Part shown: piece by piece, positions 25,593 to 37,590 of the stretch | How positions within the stretch are numbered: the stretch's first letter is position 1 | Layout of the letters: each line of letters begins with the position of its first letter | Assembly (NCBI RefSeq): GCF_018977255.1 | Contig: NW_024704742.1 | Coordinates: 11,100,001-11,164,000, forward strand | Length of the DNA stretch: 64,000 bases | Direction: 5' to 3' | Origin: Callorhinchus milii | Lineage: Eukaryota | Made by a program: the position numbers and the translations under genes | Notes under the pieces: generated by a model | The model's input: only the letters and a program-made list of their open reading frames with translations | Told to the model about the DNA's origin: nothing | Database searches by the model: none

Positions 25593-25959
25593 CATTATCC
25601 AATAGAAAGAGGGAGGTCCATCAATTGGATGTACCATGCCTGAAAGATCAAGCACTGATAGTAGTATGAAAGGGGCAGGAAACTCACAGCAGATGCTAAC
25701 TAGCCAAATGGCCGAACGGAGGAACAATGGGAGGTGCAAAGGCATGAAGACATTTATAGTTACGGGTGAGGATCTTGAAGTTAGACCGTTCGGAGATGCC
25801 ATTAATTTTGTGTTCCTTGTGGGCGGAAGTACAGGATTGTGGCAAAGGATTTGCTTTTAATTTTTTAGTTTGCTTTCCTTTGGGAGAGGAGAGTTGCCAG
25901 GAAGGGTGGTAGGAAACGACCATTTCAAAAAGCAGCTAGATGCAGTGATGCAGTTAGAT

Positions 25960-26445
25960 CCTGTCCATCTATGACCAGGGCCTCCTCATCCTCCTCAACC
26001 CCTCTACTGCCTTCGATACCGTGTACGACTACATCCTCCCACTGCCTCTCCTCTCACCTCAACCTTCAAGGTTCTGTCTTTGAATGGTTCAGCTCTTATC
26101 TCTCACACCATCTCCAATTTTTCTCTGCCAATGGTTTCTCTTCCAGCCCATGCACCGTCTCGAGCACTGTTCCTCTGGGCTCTGTCCTCGGTCCTCTCCT
26201 CTTCAACCTCTACATGCATGACCTTGGTGACATCATCCGCAGACATGGGATCAACTTCTCTCTGTCTCCACGCTTGATTCTAGAACAAGTGACGTCCTGA
26301 TAAACTGTCTGTCAAACATCAAGTCCTGGATAAGAGCCAATTTTCTACAGCTGACCTTCAGCTTGGGTCTGAACCATTGATTGTCCAGCGCCTTGAGACA
26401 TCATCCCAATGTGTTATACAAATGTAATTTTGTTGTTGTTGTTGC
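25960..26445 (+). mobile_element. Internally deleted L2 (RT piece and tail)
   Basis: WFSSYLS...[27 protein letters not shown]; tail (TTG)n. Confidence 0.85.
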
Positions 26446-26907
26446 ACCTTCAGTCTTCCTCTACTGTACCCCCATCTTCCACTCTACTCAGGCTCCCACT
26501 TTATCTTTGTAAAGTGCTCTGAGATGATTTCCTGAAGGTGTACCAGAAGAGTAAGCTTTTTGTAATTGTTACACCATCTGCTCCACATTGAAAAGAGAGG
26601 CTACAAATCATTATTGACTGTCTTAAATAGCTCTAATCTTAATTGGTTTAGTAAGATACAGGCCTTGGGCTTCTCTATTGAGTTCCCTGGTGTCATCAAG
26701 GAGTAGTGGTGTATTGTCAACTAACTGGAACCCTGAAGTGTTAGATGAATATATTATTGAACTGTGAGAAGTGTCAGGGTATGGTATCATCTTTGGAATT
26801 CTTGTATTTATACCATCAGTTTGGTGCCATCTTTACATTTGCTACTGACATTAAACCAGTAACAAATTGACCTATTAAATTAATTAATTTCAATACATTA
26901 AACTGTT

Positions 26908-27497
26908 CTCGTGCATGCGCTTGTCACCTCCCGCCTAGATTACTCAAACGGATTCCTCGCCTGTCTGCCCAGCTCCACTATTCAAAAAATCCAGCTTATT
27001 CAGAACTCTGCTGCCCGCATACTGACCCGGACCAAACTCCGTACCCACATCTCATCAGTTCTGGCCCAGGCTCCACTGGCTCCCCATCACGGAATGGCTC
27101 GACTTCAAGATCTTCACTCTCGTGTTCAAATCCATTCATTCACTGGCACCTCCCTATCTCTCCGATCTCCTCACTCACTAATCCACCACCTGGCGCGTCC
27201 GCTCGACTGGCACCGTCCTCCTACTTGTCCCTCGCACCCTCCATGCCACCATTGGAGGTCTCGCTTTCAGCCACTATGCCCCGAAGCTCTGGAATTCTCT
27301 TCCTCAATCCCTCCGCCTTGCACCCCCTTTACCCATTTCAAGTCTCGCCTGAAACCCTTCATTTTCAATCATGGTTATGGTCACCTGCCCCTACCCCGTT
27401 CCCCACTCTGGCTCAGAGTCAATTTCTGCCACTGTAAAGTGCTCAGAGAGCTACCCTGTGTGGAGGGAGCTATATAAGTGCAGGTTGTTGTTGTTCT
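26908..27497 (+). mobile_element. L2 3' fragment (second subfamily)
   Basis: HALVTSRLDYSNGFLACLP..IQLIQNSAARILTRT; tail GCTATATAAGTGCAGGTTGTTG. Confidence 0.9.
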
Positions 27498-28742
27498 GCG
27501 CAATTGGCACCCCCGTTTCACTCACAAAATTCACAGTCAATTCACTTTACAGTATATTCTGTGAAGCACCTTGAGAAGTCTTGAAGGTATGATAAGGTGC
27601 TACATTAAATACAAGGATTATTATTACTATACCAATTTCACCTTGAACCTGACCAAATTCAAGCTGTAGCAATATGATGGTAATGAGCGCCAGAAAATGG
27701 GCCAAGTGATAAAATCCCTATAACGAGGTACACATGACTGACAGAAACTCCAGGATAAAATTATTTTGGTTTCAAAATAAAACCTCCCAGATCAAATTGA
27801 AAAATTGTACATTGTTAAGTAACAGATACCAGCTAATGGGAGTGAGGTAATAATCTGATCAAAGGCATTATTGTGGTTCAGAATGTCATCCAAACCACTT
27901 GGCATCCTGTACATAACAAAAGTAACACTTCTAGATTCCTGCCAAGCACATTGTGAGTGAAGCAATGTCTGCAGATTTCCACATTTCTCTCATTCCACTT
28001 TTTAATAACAGTCCTGTCAAAGTCTCTGTTTTTTCGAAGGAGAGTCATTGTTCTAGTTGAAATGAACGCAACTTGTGTCTGGTGATAACAAAATGAATGG
28101 CATTATTCATTTCAACACGCTTACAATTTATCATGTGGATCATAAAATGCTACCATTGAAAATAATCTGTTTTTGCCACGCGTAATAATCTGGATTAGAA
28201 TTTTATGTTTGTTGAGTTGATTCAATGTAAAATACACAAGGTGTCTGGAAGGTGTAAATCGTGATACCTCAACGAAACCTAGAAGAATCGGTTTTCATAA
28301 AATAAAATAGCTGCATTAATTTTAGATTTAAGTCTGATGCCAATATGTCTAAATATAACTGTCTGTGCAAATCAAGCAACAATTATGTTTATAAAAACTT
28401 GTTTTGTGATGGATGCCGATTGTCAATAAATTAAATGTCTATATATTTCCAAGTGAAAAATATCAAGCTTGTTATTCAAAGTTATTACCACTCCAGCCAG
28501 AAAATGAGTTCAGACGATAATTGACTCAATCAATGATTTGGCTATAGGGCAGATCTGCAGATTTCCAAGGTGGTTTAACCCTTCAAACCAAAGCTCCAAA
28601 GATTGGGTGTAATGGAAGAGATTGTTATCATTAAATAGCCCACAATGCGATACAAATTTGTAACCCTTAGATTTTTCTGCTCAAGGAAATGTCATGCTCC
28701 TTGGGCTGACTAGTTTTTAACATTTTCGGGGTCTCCATCATC

Positions 28743-29062
28743 ATAATAATAATAATAATCCTTGCATTTGATATAGCGCTTTTCACGTCGGGAGGACGTC
28801 CCAAAGCGCTTCACAGAACACACTGTAAAGTGAATTGACTGTATATTTGTGGACGAACGCGGCAGCCAATTGCGCACAGCAATGTCCCACAAACAGTCGT
28901 AGATTGAAAATGACCAATTTAATTGTTTTGGTTTATTGGAGGGATTATTATTAGGCTCTGTGTGGAGTAAGGAAACTTGCCCAAGGTTTCGCCCTGCCTG
29001 GAATTGAACTCAGGTCTCTCACTTGCAAAGCGAGTGCTCTAACCACTGAGCTACAGGACTCC
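28743..29062 (-). mobile_element. Young full-length SINE
   Basis: Near-identical to 2039-2364; possible TSD ATCATA (28740-28745 / 29064-29069). Confidence 0.93.
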
Positions 29063-30229
29063 AATCATATTGAAACAATCCCTAATTTTAAATTAACACA
29101 GCTATTTGGTTGCCAGGACCAACATTAATACTGTAATAAACCCTTGTAATAAACCCACTAAACACTTATTTAGTGCAACTTGTATATAAGACTCATTATT
29201 GGTTAGAAGCAACTGCAGAGATCTATAAAGGAACTCAAATGTCAGCAGTAGGTCAGCATCAAGTCACATAGGAAATGAATAATGAGGTTAATGTATCATA
29301 AAATGCCAAGCAGTGTGATGGGAACAAATAGATCTCAGGCAGTGATCAAAAATGCATCTTTTATTACAAGACAACTGACCATATGCTTCAAACCACACTC
29401 TGTGCTCCCTGTATCTCTGAGAAGATCGTTAGCATGTAACCCTGTCAGAAAATAACCTCAAATAAAACAATGACTGGAAATATTTGTATTATAGATTGGC
29501 GTGTGGGATTACAGATGAACATTTCGTAAATTTGAAATGAAATAAATGGCACCACTTGAATAAAATATCAATACTGCAGCTGTTGCAAATGTCATGATTG
29601 TTTGAATCAGCCACTCATTTCTGAAGGTCTATGGCCACAGCTTCTCATGAGCATCTCTTTATTGGAGTAAATGAGCAGAGTGGAACACATGATGTCCCAT
29701 TAAAAGGAAATGTATGGAGCTTACAATTTTCTGAATGACTGAATATTTTAGCTGATGCAGATCTGATTTTACCACGTGTTAAACAAGCCTCTAGAATGAT
29801 TTCAAGTAATTAATACATTCATTTCTTATATTGGATTAATTTAAAAAGCAGCTTGATGCTGTGATGGGAGGACAGTAGGATAGGTGTTCTGATGAGATTG
29901 CATAGACCGCCGTCTTTGTCTGAACCAATCTTGTGAAGTGCCTCATCAGATCACTAGCAATATCTCACTGCTGGCAAGAATTCTGACATTAGAGTTTGAG
30001 AAATACCCGAGTCACTCTGTGTCTAGATTATTACATTGTGATACATTTCCCCCTGTGACAGATTATATTTGATCACAGTTTCTTATTACTGAAGTGGTGA
30101 AATGAAGTGTCTTGAAGAAGCAGTTACCAGTAAGCTGTTTGAGAAGACCAATACTTTACCATTACAATAATATTGTTTTACATAGTTGTCAGTTTTGAAA
30201 TTGCTGAACTTCACTGAGATGGAGATGAA

Positions 30230-30505
30230 ATCCACCATTGGTGGACGGCATTCAGCCCCTCTTCCCCTGCCCACTGATACTCCATCCCACAGTCCCTCTG
30301 CCTCACCTCCTCCCTTGCCTCCTTCAAGACCGATCTCAAGACCCTCCTCTTCAACCGTGCCTCCGGTCACCCTCCTTCGCACCCCCTGCCCTCCACCTCC
30401 CCGATCCTGACCCTCAGCTCAGGTCCGAAGCGCTGATTGTCCAGTGCTTTGGGACGTCCTCACAACACGAAAGGCACTATACAAACTAATTTTGTTGTTG
30501 CTGTT
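30230..30505 (+). mobile_element. L2 3' end
   Basis: CCACCATTGGTGGACGG...CTCAAGACCCTCCTCTTC...GGGACGTCCTCAC tail. Confidence 0.85.
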
Positions 30506-30632
30506 GCATGTAACCACAGAGCATGTCAAACTCCTTCTCTTCCCCTCCCCCCCAAGCACACATACTGTCAGACCAATTCTCTCCTCTCATACACACAGGC
30601 AAGTAGTGTCAGATCCTCTCCCCCTACATACC

Positions 30633-30692
30633 TGTGTTTGTGTGTGTGTATGTGTGTGAACATATATATATTAGATATATTTATATACACAT
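30633..30692. repeat. (TG)n/(TA)n compound microsatellite
   Basis: Direct reading. Confidence 0.85.
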
Positions 30693-30922
30693 ATAGTCAA
30701 ACCCGTTCAAGAAACCACCTCCATTCAACAGTTGACAACCATCCCGGAACAACAACAACAATGTTTATATTGCACCCGTCACGCAGGGTAGAATCCCCAG
30801 GTAGTGCTTGGGCCACCCTTTCAATGTGCATTCACACATTAAGGAAGCCTTATTCAGAGGCCACCCTTATATAAAGGCCACTTTGGCCCAATACCCTGAG
30901 TGGTATTGAAGACTGATTTCAT

Positions 30923-30953
<31 letters not shown>

Positions 30954-30983
30954 GTGTATGTATATATTTATATGTACACACAC
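30923..30983. repeat. (TG)n(TA)n(CA)n compound microsatellite
   Basis: Direct reading. Confidence 0.9.
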
Positions 30984-31839
30984 AGTACCAGACCCTTTCT
31001 TTCTCCCCACACCCCCACCACCCACACACAATGCCAGATGCCAGCTTCTTTCTCCCCATACACAAAGCACTGGAAGGTGGAACTTTTAGACGAGGCAGGC
31101 TCTGTGCAGGAATTATCCACAAGGGCTTGATGGACGGAATGGCTTCCTTCTGTGCTGTAATTCATTTCATGTGCTCTAACTTAAAGGATTTGCAAACAAT
31201 TTTAATCTTCAATATGAAATGTTCTGCTTCAATTCTAGTGCATTATTTTATGAGTGATGGTTTGGTGCGTCCTCTCTATTTTCTCTTACTTTGCCTTTGC
31301 TGTCTCTGGATTTCATGCTCTCTGGGTCATTGGCCCCACTTTTCCACTGTTGGCTGAATAACAATTGGAAAAGCAAGGTCGCAATTGCAAATGGCTATGT
31401 CTTATGACTGTCTTCTTTACCTTGTGCCAGCCAATCAAAGCAATAATGTTGCACTACCCACTTTAACGCAAAAAAAAATCAATCAAGCTCATTGAAGATC
31501 AGCCTTTAAAATTAGCCACAAAGAAATCATCAGTTTAGTATCTGGGTACTGGTTCTGTGCTGGTATGTCATATACTGTGCTGAGACAGGTCACAAAACAG
31601 CACTGATGGTTAGGTCTTGCATAACATAAGTAATAAAAATAATCCTTGCATTTGATATAGCGCCTTATCACATCTTTGAGATGTCTCAAAGCGCTTCACA
31701 GAATATGCTGTAGAGTGAATTGACTGTATATTTTGTGGGCAAAAGGTTAATGGATGTTGTGGAAGGAAGTGATATTCTCCTGAAGAAGCTGTATTTGAAG
31801 ATAAAGCTTTCCTCTTGTTTCCTGGTAACTGCTTAAGAT

Positions 31840-32205
31840 GCTTCGCCCCTTCCCCCCACCACCCCTCGGGGATTTCAATGCCCCTTCCCCCACCATCTTG
31901 AAGTCCTGCCTTAAAACTTACCTTCTTCGACCATACTTATGGTCACTTCCTTCCTCCTTCCCTCCCCCGTATTTCTACCATTCTCTGCTCCCCGCCTACT
32001 CGGTTATTCTACATGAAGGGCGCAACATAAATTGTTGTTGAAGCAGAAAGCATTCAAGTATTGATAGGAAATTTAATGCATACAAGAAGAAGGATGTAGA
32101 GAGGTATAGCTGAAGGTAGGGTGAGTGTTGGCTTATGTGGAGTTTAAACAATGGCATAGACCAGTTGGAACTGATGGCCTGCTTCTGTGCTGTACATTCT
32201 ATGTA
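31840..32205 (+). mobile_element. Adjacent L2 3' end and CR1 3' end remnants
   Basis: LKSCLKTYLL plus (TTG) tail; then GATGGCCTGCTTCTGTGCTGTACATTCTATG CR1 terminus. Confidence 0.65.
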
Positions 32206-32915
32206 ATGCCATATACTATATAATCCAGTTACCCAATTCAAAGTGAATTCTTTAGTTCTCACACTAAAAGTTGAGTCATTTCTGACAAGCTATTTTAACC
32301 TACAGGCTACGTAAAGAAGGCTTTAGTAATGTATTGGGTACCTGGGAGTCATTTGGGACATTGATGTTGAGCCAATTTCCAGAATTATAAATTCAAAACA
32401 GAGCCAAACTGGGTCTCCAGGCTACAAATCTAAATTGTAGAGTTTGGTAGAATTAATTAGTTTTAAAACTGATATTAATAATCCCCTATGCAAATTCAGC
32501 TCATGTTGAGGTCTTTCTGGTGTTTGTGTTTCANTTTTTTAAAATATACATTTAGTTCACATTTCTTTTGAGTATTAACGAAATGGCAGGCAGTACCTGA
32601 AACTATAATGGTAATTGGGCATTTGATCAGTCAGTCTAGACTTGTGAAATGTGCGTGTTTGATCAGTCAGTCTCTCTTCTCAGTCAATGTAAGTGAAAAA
32701 AGCTAGATGTGAATATTCCCTGATGCTCAAATTGATCTTATTTCACATTCAGCTGCCTTCTTGCAGTTAGTAAAACAATTGGTCATATCAGATGTTTGCT
32801 TCACGTAGCACAATGTGTGTGTCAGCTCACTTTCAAACTTTTATGTGAATCAGTTTGTCATGTGGCTACATTTTTGAACCAAAGTTTACCTTAAGTATGT
32901 CTTGATTGAATTGTG

Positions 32916-33065
32916 AAAACAAAAACAGAAGTCGCTGGGAACACTCAGCAGGTCAGGCAGCATCTATGGAGAAAGGAAAGTGAGTCAACGTTTCGGGTCC
33001 ACGACCCTTCGTCAGAACTGCTTTTGTCAGTTCTGACAAAGGGTCATGTACTCGACACATTTTGC
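32916..33065 (-). mobile_element. Non-autonomous Penelope-derived mini-element with 17-bp TSD
   Basis: 32916-33020 homologous to the Penelope end at 6427-6520; inverted partial copy 33028-33065; GTCTTGATTGAATTGTG at 32899-32915 and 33066-33082. Confidence 0.88.
32982..33020 (-). ncRNA. Minimal type I hammerhead ribozyme motif
   Basis: Minus strand CAGUU-CUGACGA-A-GGGUC-GUG-GACCC-GAAAC-GUU-GACUC: core boxes intact, 5-bp stem II, palindromic ACGU stem III, AGUU/GACU stem I. Confidence 0.8.
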
Positions 33066-33693
33066 GTCTTGATTGAATTGTGTTGGTTTATTGCAGCACA
33101 GAACGGCAAATTAATGTGTAATGTTATTAAAAGCAGGGAAAATAATGTAGTCCTGAAATACCTAAAACTATATAAAAATAATAATCCTTAAATTTGATAT
33201 AGCACATTTCACATGTGTAGAATATGTTGAAACTCTTTGTAGGATACACTGTGAGTGTAATGACTGTATATTATAAGCAATAACAGCAGCCAGCGGTGTC
33301 TCACAAAAAGTGAATGACTGGTGCGATTGTTGGCCAGCACACCGGGAGAAGCTCCATTTTCTTTTTAAATATTAGGACAATGTCATCCTGGAAGCATGAT
33401 TTTGAAACCAACCCGTTGCATTATTTCAGATCAATTCTGTCAACAATGATGGGCAGAGCCTGGTGAAGTGGGCAAAACTGGGACCTCAACTGTTACCCTG
33501 TTCCTGACATTTAGGGGGAGGAATTTCAGATTGTGTAAATTTGCCAAATTGTCGAATTCAATCTTAACTTTGAAACCAATTTTCTGTAGTTCTTAAAAGT
33601 TCTTTAAGCGCTCCGAGACATTGCTCGATGTGAAGGGCGCTATATAAATGCAAGTTGTTGTTATTTAAATCTAGAGCTGGTTTGTTTTCTTAT

Positions 33694-34712
33694 AATCATA
33701 GAATTATACAGCACAGAAGAAGGACATTCAGCCCATCGTGTCTGTGCTCTTTGAAAAGAGTTCCAAATCAATCCGACTCCCATGCTCTCTCCCCATAGTC
33801 CTGCAGACTTATGCTCCCCAAATAATTTTCTACTTCTCTCTTAAACGTTGTTATCAAATCAGCTTCCATCACCGCTTCAGGCAATGCATTCCAGATCTGA
33901 ACAATTCGCTGTGTGAAAAAATTTGTCCTCACCTCCCCTCTATTTCTTTTAACAACTATTTTAAATCAGTGCCCTTGGGTTACCGACCCACCCGCCAGTG
34001 GAAATAATTTCTTCTTGTTCACCGTATCGCATCTCCCATAATTTTGAAAACTTGTATTAAGTCTCCACTTAACCTTCTCTGCTCCAAGGAGAATAATCCT
34101 CGCTTCTCCAGCCTCTCCTGATAACTGAAGTCCTTCATTCCTGGTACCATCCTGGTAAACCCCCTTTGCACCCTCTCCAATGCCTTGACATCCTTCATAA
34201 AGTGTGGGGCCCAGAACTGAACACAGTCTCTGGCTGAGGCCTAACCAGTGTTTTATAAAGGTTCATCATAACTTCCTGACATTTGTATTCTATGCCCCTA
34301 TTTATAAAGCCTAATATCCTGTGTGNTTTTTTAACAGCTTTATGTACCTGTCCTGCCACCTTCAAAGATTTACTTATATGACCCCCAGGTCTCTCTGTTC
34401 CTTCCCTCCCTTTATGATTGTACCATCAGCTGATATCGTCTCTCCTCATTCTTCCTCTCAAAATGCATCACTTCACATTTCTCCACATTAAACGTCATCT
34501 GCCACATGTCTGCCCAGTCTGTCTGTGTCCATTTGCAGTCTGCTACTATCCTCCTCACTCTTTACTACTTTTCAAGTTTAGTATCATCTGCAAACTTGGA
34601 AATTATACTCCCTGTACCGAAGTCCAGGTCATTTATAAGGATAGCCAGCAGTGGTCCCAATACTGATCCCTGGGGGACACCACTGCACTTCCCTCCAGTC
34701 AGAAAAACAACT
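33694..34712 (-). mobile_element. CR1 3' fragment (thumb region and 3'UTR)
   Basis: CATAGAATTATACAGCACAGAAG tail; minus strand [19 protein letters not shown]. Confidence 0.9.
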
Positions 34713-34859
34713 GTTCGTGTAACACAATATTGACCTTTTGAGTTTCAGGCCTAATCCATGAGCACAAATCACAACGCTGCAGCCTTGACTTCTTTGACTA
34801 CACCATTAACAATGGATGCAACATTCTCTCTACAATCCATTCAATTTGATAAATATTGA

Positions 34860-35240
34860 ATGGACAGCACTAAACTCCATACCCCCATCACACCAGTTCT
34901 GGCCAGGCTCCACTGGCTCCCCATCAATTTCAAGATCCTCACACTTGTTTTCAAATCCCTTCATGCCCTGGTACGTCCCTACCTCTTCGACTTGCTTACC
35001 CCCCAAACCACATCCCGCTGCCTCCACTCGACTGGTTTCGGTCTTCTGCATGTCCCTCATGCCCTCTGTTCCACCATTGGCAGCTGCACTTTCAGCCACT
35101 ATGCCCAAAACTCTGGAACACTCATCCTCTATTCCTCTGTCTTGCCCCTTCCTTCCCCATCTTCAGGTTGCGCCTGAAGGTCACCTCCCCCTCCTGCTCG
35201 GCGTCATGCTCCACCACTGTCAAGCCCTCTGGGACAAGTG
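34860..35240 (+). mobile_element. L2 3' fragment
   Basis: TPITPVLARLHWLPINFKILTLVFKSLH. Confidence 0.85.
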
Positions 35241-36904
35241 CTGCTTCAGGCAGCTGATGCTGGAGTGTTTAATGTGGTGTATTGGAAACGCCACTGTTTG
35301 ACAATTCTCCATTAGATTCCCAATTAGAACTATTGTGCAGCATGTTGGTATCGATCAGAAACCAGGACTTCCTCACAAGGGGATAGGAAACCAAATTAGG
35401 AGTGTCCACTGGGATTCACTCGTTTGCCTTCTGACAGCCAATCAAAGGCTGTGTTGGGAAATGGCCTGACAGCGAGTTTGTTTTCCCCTTCCCTGTCACA
35501 CAGGATATACCAAATCCCAAGGAGGCAACTGAGAGGAGAAAATTCATGGGATGTACCAACAAAAGGATGTTCAACCTTGAAGGTTGTATAGCTTTGAATG
35601 GAAAGTTGGGCAAGTTTCCTTACTGCACATGCCTCTGTTTACATTGCAGTAAGTAGGAACCCGGTTGTTATTCTATTGGCGGATCGCTTTTCCAGGGATT
35701 ATAATTCCAAGGCGAGTGCTCTAACTTCTAAGCTACAAGACTCCAATGCACTGCAATGGAAACCTGGTTCAGGTGATGTCTAGTCAGCTGGGCTTCAGGA
35801 CATCGAGATGCATGAAATCAGAAATACCTGTTAGGTGCCTCTGTAATTGGCACAGCTACCTTTAAGTCTCACTGACTAATGAGCTGCTTTCTCATGATCT
35901 CACATCCAGTACATTTCATCAGTAATTCTTGCTTTATTTATATTGATTGTACAGCATGGAAATGGAAACAGGACATTCAACCCAACTAGTCCGTGCTGGA
36001 GTTTATACTCCCAAGAGTCTCCACCCGCTCTATGCTCCTCCTATACTCTTCTATTCTGTCTTATCAGAGGAGCGTGCTTCTCAAGAGATTCAGCTGAAAA
36101 AAATCAGGAAATTCAGTAATAGCAAAGTGGTCAAGTTCCTCCAGGCTTGCTTATGAACTGCTTCTTTGGTAAGGTTATGAGGTGGAGGGCAAGGTAGAAA
36201 AAGAAAATGTAAGAAAATAAAGGAGAGGAGGCAAAATAACCAGCTACTGATTTTCTTTGCCTGTATCACATAGTCAGAATGAAAATACCAAAGATCTGGA
36301 AATAATAAAAATATTCATTTGAATATGCTTAGCTGCTTACCTTACACAGTTTGAAAGCATACTTGCAAGAAGGCATTAAACTTGGTTTACTTTGTAGGAT
36401 TCTACCTCCTTGCACATATTTAGTCTGTTGTTACAGTATGAAGCTCTGGTTGTGAAGAATTTGTCTGAAGTGACTTTTTTTGTTTATTGTTTGTCTAAAG
36501 TCTTTTAAACAATGTTCTTTTTTTTTTAAAAAAAGTGCCTTTATTGAATTGCATCCTTGTGTTCCATTAACAGAATAGCTGACGCATGTCAAATGTTGCG
36601 GACTGGACAGGATATTCTGCTCAGACAATAAACATTTTCAGTTGCCCTGCAATCCATTATTTATTTTAAACAAAGTGTGGCTTGAAAGTCTACATGCAGA
36701 ATTCACACACATTTGTGTCTGATTAGATTCAAAGAGGCTTCAAGCTTAAGGTTTCTGTTACAGCAGATGGCGCATACCTGTTTGTGGACTTTTATATATT
36801 AAGCTGTCTGGAAGCAAACCCTGTCCAACAACTATTGAGGAGAGACATCTGGAAATATAGTTACTCTTTGTGCCATGTTGCATTTACTTTAAACTGAGGT
36901 TAAG

Positions 36905-37590
36905 GATAATACTAATCCTTGCATCTGATGATTCATCGAGATGTCTCAAAACACTTCACAAGGTTTACTGTGAGTTGTAGTGATTGTGTATTCATGAGTG
37001 AGTGCCACAGCCAATTTGCACACAGTGATAATAACCCTTGCATTTGATATAGCGCCTTATCACATCTTCTAGACGTCTCAAAGTGCTTCACAGAGTATAC
37101 TGTAAAGGGAATTGACTTTATAGTTTTGTGGGTGAAATGTGGCAGCCAATTGTGCTTTGGCTTGTGCTACTCCGACAAACAGTCGTGGATTGAGTGACCA
37201 AATTATTTTTATTCATTTTGAAGGAATTATTACCCCCAGAAAAGCAATCCGCAAATCGACTAACAACCGGGTTCCTACTTAATGCTAGTATACAGAGGCA
37301 TGTGGAGTAAGGAAACTTGCCCAATGTTTCACCCTGCTGGGAATTGAATCCAGGTCCTCTCGCTTGTAGGGTGAGCACTCTAATCACTATGCTACAGGAC
37401 TCCGCAATCACAGCAATGTCCCACAAACAAAGCTATGAGGCGATTGAGCAACTTTACTTAGTTTGCTTGTTGGCCAGTACACTGGGAGAAATTCTCATAT
37501 CTCTTCCAATTATGCCATAGGATCTTTATTGTCCACCTGAATAGGCAAACAGGACCTCGGTTTAACATTTCATCTGAAGGACTACAACCC
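36905..37590 (-). mobile_element. Old Deu-type SINE split by a full long-form SINE (37028-37403)
   Basis: Host breaks at GCCAATTTGCACACAG and resumes CACAGCAATGTCCCAC; insert has full head and tail. Confidence 0.85.

Noticed and set aside
29883..29953. Hammerhead, C/D snoRNA or miRNA at TCTGATGAG...CTCATCAGA
   Set aside because: No GAAA after the putative stem II, C-to-D distance too short, and only a 9-13 bp outer stem.
32534..32540. N bases (32534, 34326, 63781)
   Set aside because: All precede T homopolymers; sequencing or assembly ambiguity.
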